From assembly GCA_027491115.1 (NCBI GenBank), contig JAIXWV010000020.1, positions 229,975 through 293,974 of the forward strand: a DNA stretch of 64,000 nt. Direction: 5' to 3'. Shown piece after piece: positions 57,993-64,000 of the stretch (within the stretch, counting starts at the first letter, position 1; the number at the start of each line of letters is the position of its first letter). The stretch comes from Pseudomonadota bacterium (lineage in GTDB: Bacteria > Bdellovibrionota > UBA1018 > CAIMNF01). The position numbers and the translations under genes were made by a program. The notes under the pieces were generated by a model. It was not told where the DNA came from. It did not search any database and saw only the letters and a program-made list of their open reading frames with translations.

Positions 57993-58639
57993 GGACTCAT
58001 AAACCTCGCGACTTCACGATAACGATTGAGATTCTCCGGTGGGATGCCGGCCCTGAAATACTTGTACACTTCTTCCACTTCGACGAAATCGAGCTCCTGG
58101 AACACCTCTACCGGACCGATCGGCAACTGGTACCAAAATCCGGCTAATTCCGTTCGATAGATCCCAGAAAGAATATCGAGCTTAAGCGAGAACTGATCTG
58201 AGGAAAGAGTATGAGCGGTGTAGTTTCTGGAGAATGCTCCCGGTGAAAACACCGGAACGCCAAGCTCGGCGGCCGCCCAATGAACTGCATACGAGACATC
58301 CTGATGCTGGATGTGCCCATACTCGCCGTGTGGAGAATGGGTATAGACCACCTTGTATCCTCCCGAGCGGATCAAGTTCAGAACCGCCTCGTACACTTCC
58401 TCTACGGGCAGTCGCTCGCGAAAGCTATCTTTCAGACTAAGGAGTTCAATCCGAGGCACACCGAGCGCCTGACCGGCGGAATGGAGCTGCGCCATTCGTG
58501 CCTGACCCCTGCCCTCATAGTTTCCGTCGGTCACACAACACAAATCTGCAGCACCGGGGTAAAGCACCGTGAACACCGAAGTAAAGAACAAGGTCTCATC
58601 ATCAGGGTGGGCAGCAACCACTAGCGCTTCACTCTTCAT
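57989..58639 (-). CDS. PIG-L/LmbE family N-deacetylase
   Basis: VVAAHPDDE, VTDG, YTH..HGEYGHIQH. Confidence 0.88.
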   Translation of the reverse strand: MKSEALVVAAHPDDETLFFTSVFTVLYPGAADLCCVTDGNYEGRGQARMAQLHSAGQALGVPRIELLSLKDSFRERLPVEEVYEAVLNLIRSGGYKVVYTHSPHGEYGHIQHQDVSYAVHWAAAELGVPVFSPGAFSRNYTAHTLSSDQFSLKLDILSGIYRTELAGFWYQLPIGPVEVFQELDFVEVEEVYKYFRAGIPPENLNRYREVARFMSP

Positions 58640-58752
58640 CAGGTCTTAATCTACACCATCAATCAAGGAATACGGAGAGGCCAATGCATCGTCAGAAATC
58701 CGTCGCTATGCCCAAGCATTGGGAAAGGATAATTTAGCTGAAGGAGCACACG

Positions 58753-59808
58753 ATGCGAACGAAAATCCGGGTGCATTTTCACATCCCCGAGCCCGATGTG
58801 GGCGGTGCCGAGGTTCACGCACTGAACCTATGGAAAACCATCGATCGGTCGAAGTTTGAGCTTACAGTGAGCGCTCCTCCGATGAGGCCAGAGTTCCAGT
58901 GGTTCGAGGAAGAGATCAGGCGCCACGCTCCACTTCACATCTTTTCACGCTCTCCATCCGAGATCGCTCATTTCCTGAGTTCGGTTCGCCCATCCTTGAT
59001 TCAGTTCTACAACAGCATTGATTTTTGTGATGCTCTCGACACTATCGATTTCCCCTTCGCCGGGATCGAGCTCATTCACGCAAAAAAGTTCTGGGGACAG
59101 GACATTACCAAGACTCCAAAGCACCACGTCCGCATCATCATTGGAGTCAGTGATGATGCCTGTAGGTTTTACCTTGATAACCGACTGGAGCGGGACATCG
59201 AGGTCAGAACCATTTGGAATGGGATTGATACCGGGAGATTCCCGCCGAGGCGTAAGGAAGACCCGGATCGATTACGATTCCTCTCGGTCTCTCGACTCAG
59301 TATCGAGGATAAGCGACTCGACGATTTGATTTACTTCTTCAACCGACTCGGGGTTTCCACACACGAACTCCACCTGGTCGGGGAAGGCTCGGATGAGGGC
59401 GTTCTTCGTGAGTTTGCGGAGTCACTCGGGGCTGGAAACGTTCGGTTTCGTGGCTTTCTTGAGGATCCCTCAACCGCTTATTCGGAAGCAGACGTCTATA
59501 TCTCGCTGTCCGAACGCGAGGGGTATGGCCTAAGCCTGGCTGAGGCAGCCGCATGCGGACTTCCAATCCTCAGCTGGAACTGCGGAGGGGTCATGGATCT
59601 ATTTGAGGACGGCAAAAATGCTCTGATCCTTGAAAAAGACGGAGACATTCTTCCGGCGATGTCCCGGATGCTCAAGGATTCCGAGCTCAGGAGAATGCTC
59701 GGACAGAACGCTCGTGCCCTGGCTCAAGCAAAGTTTGATCTCAGAGGAATGACCCGGAGCTACGAGAAACTCTACGAGGAACTCTTGACTCCCCATTCAT
59801 TCGGTTGA
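58753..59808 (+). CDS. GT4 family glycosyltransferase
   Basis: GGAE, IWNGID, EGYGLSLAEAAACGLP. Confidence 0.9.
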   Translation: MRTKIRVHFHIPEPDVGGAEVHALNLWKTIDRSKFELTVSAPPMRPEFQWFEEEIRRHAPLHIFSRSPSEIAHFLSSVRPSLIQFYNSIDFCDALDTIDFPFAGIELIHAKKFWGQDITKTPKHHVRIIIGVSDDACRFYLDNRLERDIEVRTIWNGIDTGRFPPRRKEDPDRLRFLSVSRLSIEDKRLDDLIYFFNRLGVSTHELHLVGEGSDEGVLREFAESLGAGNVRFRGFLEDPSTAYSEADVYISLSEREGYGLSLAEAAACGLPILSWNCGGVMDLFEDGKNALILEKDGDILPAMSRMLKDSELRRMLGQNARALAQAKFDLRGMTRSYEKLYEELLTPHSFG

Positions 59809-59861
59809 CGGCGGCTGTCTGCTCAATTGCACTTTAAGCCGAATCCTGCCACGATTGTTGC

Positions 59862-61250
59862 ATGGGGAATCACCTCTACCGCTGGGACGAAATCCAAAAG
59901 CTAAAGGATCTAGCGATCCGGCCGGAGGTTGCCTCTCCATTCGTCGAAGGCTCGGTTCGGACTGGCACTCCGATCGTCCTACGGAACCCGGTCGGGGGTG
60001 CTCTTTTTACAGAAAGGGACACCCTCGAAGTGATCCGAGATATTTTCCTGAATCCCTTCAGGGATCTTCCGAATCCGAAAATCATCCTCGGAGACTCAGA
60101 ACTCTTCTCTGATTACAGCAACGATCCCGACGGGCTCGCCGAGAAACTGCTTCGCCTTGCGCCGTTACCCGATGAAGAGACCGTGAGCAGTTATGTGGAA
60201 CGAGTGAAGCGAGAGACTGGCTCGAGCGAACTTTTCTATTATATGAAGATCCGTTCAGCAAATCATCCCCTCCTCTGGTTCAAAGTCCGGGAGGTGCAGA
60301 AACACATCTTTAACCGAATGCCCTATCCGGCCGGAGGTGTCGAGCTGGATATTTTCTTCGGCGATTACTCCAAAACACCCACTAACATCCATCGGGACGG
60401 AGCCGGCTTCATTTATGTCGTGAGTGGATCAAAAAAATTTCATGTGTGGCCGTTCGACCGATTCAGCGGACTCGATTCGGTCAAAAACGATGCCCGATTG
60501 AGGCCCGCTTACTTTCTTGGCGAATCTGTACGCTTCGAAGATGCGGTGGCGACAGGAATCCCACTCGAGGGGAGTCGAGGCGACATCATCTTCTGGCCAG
60601 ACGACCATTGGCATATCGCGGAGGGAGACGGAAGCATTGCGATCACTTTCTGCATGAGTTTTTTCTTTAACTTCTCCATTCTCAGTGAAATCGAGCCCGC
60701 ACTCCAGTCCATCGGTGCAGGGGATCCACAATCATTAGTCCCGCGCGAGCTATCGAAATCGGGAGGATCAGGTCCGGATGTGACTCCGTTAAATAATGAG
60801 CTGGTCACAGCCCTCGATCGCTGGTGGAAGGATACCAGCGTCATTTACAGTAGGCTACGAGAAGCCTATACACTGAAACAAATCGAGAGGACGAGCGGAG
60901 CAGGTTTCAACCAGCCCTTTTTTCCAGTTAGGATCGATCGGGAAAGCCTGATTGGGGTTCGCCTGAAATGTGATCCGGAGTTCCCCTTGCATCATGTTGT
61001 CCTGGGCAAGGTCACCCATGTTGCCGCAAATGGCATAAGCAGCGCCTTCACGGACGCTTGTGAACCGCTTATTCCATTTCTTACCTGGCTCAACACAGGG
61101 GCGGAGTTCACGACCGACACAGCAACCATATTGTTCCAGGAGACGACACGGCAATCGGTCAACGAGCGCGAGCGTAGAACTCTTGAAAGCTGCCTCGAAT
61201 TCGTTCTGTCGATGAGAGCGGCATTCATTGTAAACGGAAGCGGTCCATGA
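59862..61250 (+). CDS. JmjC/cupin-type 2OG-Fe(II) hydroxylase
   Basis: FFGDY.KTP..IHRD (HxD), GSKKFHVW, GDIIFWP...WH. Confidence 0.8.
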   Translation: MGNHLYRWDEIQKLKDLAIRPEVASPFVEGSVRTGTPIVLRNPVGGALFTERDTLEVIRDIFLNPFRDLPNPKIILGDSELFSDYSNDPDGLAEKLLRLAPLPDEETVSSYVERVKRETGSSELFYYMKIRSANHPLLWFKVREVQKHIFNRMPYPAGGVELDIFFGDYSKTPTNIHRDGAGFIYVVSGSKKFHVWPFDRFSGLDSVKNDARLRPAYFLGESVRFEDAVATGIPLEGSRGDIIFWPDDHWHIAEGDGSIAITFCMSFFFNFSILSEIEPALQSIGAGDPQSLVPRELSKSGGSGPDVTPLNNELVTALDRWWKDTSVIYSRLREAYTLKQIERTSGAGFNQPFFPVRIDRESLIGVRLKCDPEFPLHHVVLGKVTHVAANGISSAFTDACEPLIPFLTWLNTGAEFTTDTATILFQETTRQSVNERERRTLESCLEFVLSMRAAFIVNGSGP

Positions 61251-62341
61251 GTTCCGTCCTCGACCTTCTGCGCACCCTGGACTTGCCGAAGTCCAATCTC
61301 GCTGTTTCCATGCTCGAGCAACGCTCCATGGAGCCAGATGATGGCGGGGTACGGATTTTCTTCTATGACTCCCCAGAATGGTTGGAGCTCGAAGAAAAAG
61401 CTGTTCGCGCCTTCAACGATGAAGGGCACGTCTATCCGGAGGACATTGCGCTCTATGTCCTGCTCAGAGACCGATTCTGGCAACATCGCGTCCATCGGCC
61501 GGAGGAAGCCGACTTCGTTTTCACTCCCTTTCCTGCGACTACGGCCCGATGCATTCCTCAAGACGAGTTCAACAGGGCACTTGGACGCATGAGCCTTTTG
61601 GGTAAGATTCCACACCTGCTCATCGACACCCACGACGCCTATTCCCGCCCAGGATACGCGCAAGGGAATCCTTCGCGGGAATCGTTGGCGGAACTCAAGC
61701 AAGCTCTCTTCGGCTGGATCAGCGCGGATTTCACGCTTTTGTATCTTGACTCGACCCCGCAGGACCATCCGGATGATATCCCTGTCCTTCCGTTTTGTGG
61801 CTTCGAAACGATCCCACCTGATGCGACCGAGAGGCCCTACTCCACCGGCTTCGTCGGCACCCTGGGTCAGGAGCATTGGCCAGCAGGAAACATCCGCGGG
61901 AAAGACGCGTTTCAGAATTGGATGGATCTCAAGGATTCCTTTGGTACCGATGCTTTTATAGGCTCCAACATGGAAGCAATCCTCACTCTTTCGGGTATCA
62001 CATCCCCCCTGATTGAGCTTCCTCGACTCTCTAAGACTTGGCTTTGTCCGCGAGGATTCAGTTCTTATACCTACCGAATCTCGGAGTCGGTACTGAGCGG
62101 TGCTGTACCGTGGATCTTGGCCGACGACTACCGTCTCCCGTTTGAACAGCTCATCGATTGGAGTGGGTTCTCCATCCGGAGCCGGGAGTCCGATTTACCC
62201 CACCTGAAGGAGACTTTCGTTCAGAACCGTCTCCCTATCGAACAAAAGATCAAAAAACTCCATGATTTCCAGCATTATTTTACTCCGGAGGGGCTATTCC
62301 AGTTGATCCGGATGGAACTCAAGAGGAGGAGGAAAGAATGA
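61247..62341 (+). CDS. Exostosin-like (GT47) glycosyltransferase
   Basis: PEEADFVF.P, S.TWLCPRG....RISES..SGAVP.ILAD...LPFEQLIDW..FS. Confidence 0.85.
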   Translation: MSSVLDLLRTLDLPKSNLAVSMLEQRSMEPDDGGVRIFFYDSPEWLELEEKAVRAFNDEGHVYPEDIALYVLLRDRFWQHRVHRPEEADFVFTPFPATTARCIPQDEFNRALGRMSLLGKIPHLLIDTHDAYSRPGYAQGNPSRESLAELKQALFGWISADFTLLYLDSTPQDHPDDIPVLPFCGFETIPPDATERPYSTGFVGTLGQEHWPAGNIRGKDAFQNWMDLKDSFGTDAFIGSNMEAILTLSGITSPLIELPRLSKTWLCPRGFSSYTYRISESVLSGAVPWILADDYRLPFEQLIDWSGFSIRSRESDLPHLKETFVQNRLPIEQKIKKLHDFQHYFTPEGLFQLIRMELKRRRKE

Positions 62342-63531
62342 AACACGAGCCACCTCTTTTTGGAGCCTACTTCTACCCCATTAGTAGCAAGTGCCCGGTC
62401 CGAAATTCCCGCGCTGAAACCCTCGCTCTGCCCCAGGTGCCGAATGAGTGCACTCTGGCATTGAATGCCACACCGCTGTTTCCCGGCCACGAGCAACCAC
62501 AAAAGTACTGCATTGATCGAGAGCTCACCACCACTTGGGATGATGCTGACCCCGAAACAATGAGGAAGCATGTCCAGCTCGCCAAGGAACACGGGATCGA
62601 CTTTTTCCTGTTCGATACCTACCTCGGGCTCAAGGACGGAAAGGTTTACCATGAGCTGAAGGAGTGCATTGACCTCGGAATGCTTTCTCAGCAGCTCGGT
62701 GACTTCAAGTTCGCGGTTATGAATGTACCCGCCAGTCCTCGAGTCATCCTTCCGATGCCGAAAAACCTCGAGAAACGACTCTCAGACTTTTATCGCGAAG
62801 AGCGGTTCTACGAAATCTCTGAGGCCTGCGCCGAAGTAATTGTCGACCACAATCAATCGAAATATTGGGGACATGCCAATTATCTTCATATCGACGGACG
62901 CCCGGTTCAAGCCCTGTTCATCGGCGATTTCCGCTTTGAAGATCCAGAGCTTGAACGAAAGCGAGTGCTCGATTTTCTGCTTCGATTCAAGAGCTACTCC
63001 TTTGAAAAATACGGTGTCCGTCCTTATGTCATTGCCGTCATGGTGAACAGCCTCGACTTCATCGAAGAGTGCATGGCTGCAGAGGTCGATGCGATTACCG
63101 GTTATGGATTGCTAGCCTATTTTGAGAAATACGAGTCGAGCGTCCAGAACTACCCCGACCTTGTAGAGCGACGGATCGAAGACTGGCCACTGATCCAGTC
63201 GATGATCGGAGATATCCCTTTCATTCCCCCCATCGTCCCTGGCTTTGACTCCTCTCCACGCGGAGAGAATCACACCAAGCTGGAAGAGGTGACGGGGCGC
63301 TATCCATTCACGCCCGTCGTTGCGAACTCTAATCCCGAGTCCTTCGAGAACATGATGTCTGCGGCGCGGACCTTCATCGAGAGTCCGTTCCCAAACCGTC
63401 CTCCGCTTTATTTGTTTTCCACCTGGAACGAGATCACGGAAGGAATGGCCCTTCTCCCCAAGGCTAACCGCGGAACCTTCGATTCGACCCTACTCGAGCG
63501 GGTCAAAAAATTTAAGGAAACACTCAAATGA
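62338..63531 (+). CDS. GH99-like / WbsX-like domain protein
   Basis: GAYFYP, DPETM.KHVQLAKEHGIDFFLFD, YLHIDGRP, PGFDSSPR, STWNEITEG. Confidence 0.8.
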   Translation: MKHEPPLFGAYFYPISSKCPVRNSRAETLALPQVPNECTLALNATPLFPGHEQPQKYCIDRELTTTWDDADPETMRKHVQLAKEHGIDFFLFDTYLGLKDGKVYHELKECIDLGMLSQQLGDFKFAVMNVPASPRVILPMPKNLEKRLSDFYREERFYEISEACAEVIVDHNQSKYWGHANYLHIDGRPVQALFIGDFRFEDPELERKRVLDFLLRFKSYSFEKYGVRPYVIAVMVNSLDFIEECMAAEVDAITGYGLLAYFEKYESSVQNYPDLVERRIEDWPLIQSMIGDIPFIPPIVPGFDSSPRGENHTKLEEVTGRYPFTPVVANSNPESFENMMSAARTFIESPFPNRPPLYLFSTWNEITEGMALLPKANRGTFDSTLLERVKKFKETLK

Positions 63532-64000
63532 GCTCAACTGAAAATAAGAAGCTACTCCTTACCATCGCTTGTGGAGATTACTATCAACGAATGGCGGAAA
63601 TCACCCATCCCTTCCTGAGGAGCTATGCGGAAAAGATCGGCGCGGACTTCCATTGCATCTCGGAACACCGTTCAGAGCTTCCCGCCCATTTTCAGAAGAT
63701 GTCCATCTATGAATTCCTGGAGCGCTACGATCGGATCCTCTTCATGGATACGGACATTCTGGTTCGACCTGAGGCTCCAGATCTTTTTTCTATTGTAGAT
63801 GAGCAGCACCTCGGTCTTCTGGACCAGTCCCAACACTATTCTTCGAGTCCGATCCAGTTTAGATCCGCCGTGAGCCTGTGGGGGTATGACCTTTCACCCG
63901 AACGCTATTACAACACCGGAGTGATGGTGATCTCGAAGATCCACCGCAATCTTTTCCGCATACCTGTTGACATCCGACCGGAGCAGGTCCCCTTCGACCA
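63528..64000 (+). CDS. GT8/GT34-like glycosyltransferase, truncated by window end (not in ORF track)
   Basis: Hand translation MSSTENKKLLLTIACG..YAEKIGADF..K..YDRILFMDTD..YYNTGVMV; open to the end; ATGA overlap with the previous stop. Confidence 0.8.
   Translation, partial: MSSTENKKLLLTIACGDYYQRMAEITHPFLRSYAEKIGADFHCISEHRSELPAHFQKMSIYEFLERYDRILFMDTDILVRPEAPDLFSIVDEQHLGLLDQSQHYSSSPIQFRSAVSLWGYDLSPERYYNTGVMVISKIHRNLFRIPVDIRPEQVPFD

Noticed and set aside
33823..64000. Prophage, IS element or integrative element explaining the accessory region
   Set aside because: No integrase, transposase, phage gene or terminal repeat was recognised.

Overview
Bacterial chromosomal window, probably Bdellovibrionota/Oligoflexia or another deltaproteobacteria-like lineage (inferred from gene content only). 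Positions 1-33.4 kb are GC-rich housekeeping genes: lon, proC, rpoZ, smpB, rsmA, tsaD, cpoB/pal, ribD, ssb, alaS, glyQS, LPS glycosyltransferases, a trxB-lolE-lolD-bamA-skp-lpxD-fabZ-lpxA run ending in a fused lpxB-lpxK gene, a rhomboid and mce. An unassigned structured RNA lies at about 33.37-33.55 kb, followed by a large RCC1-repeat lipoprotein. From about 38 kb to the window end is a visibly more AT-rich accessory region. Its most striking part is a candidate glycosylated RiPP / secreted glycopeptide system: a 145-aa precursor with a textbook double-glycine leader motif and a Cys-free Lys/Ala/Gly/Ser/Thr core, two complementary peptidase-type ABC exporters, a hairpin-less HlyD, a JmjC hydroxylase, a stand-alone PLOD (collagen lysyl hydroxylase)-type glycosyltransferase domain, GT2-like, GT4, GT47 (exostosin), GT8-like, GH99-like and PIG-L enzymes, plus a tightly linked MBOAT/SGNH/GMC/deacetylase block. 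All calls come from motif recognition by eye; no searches were run.
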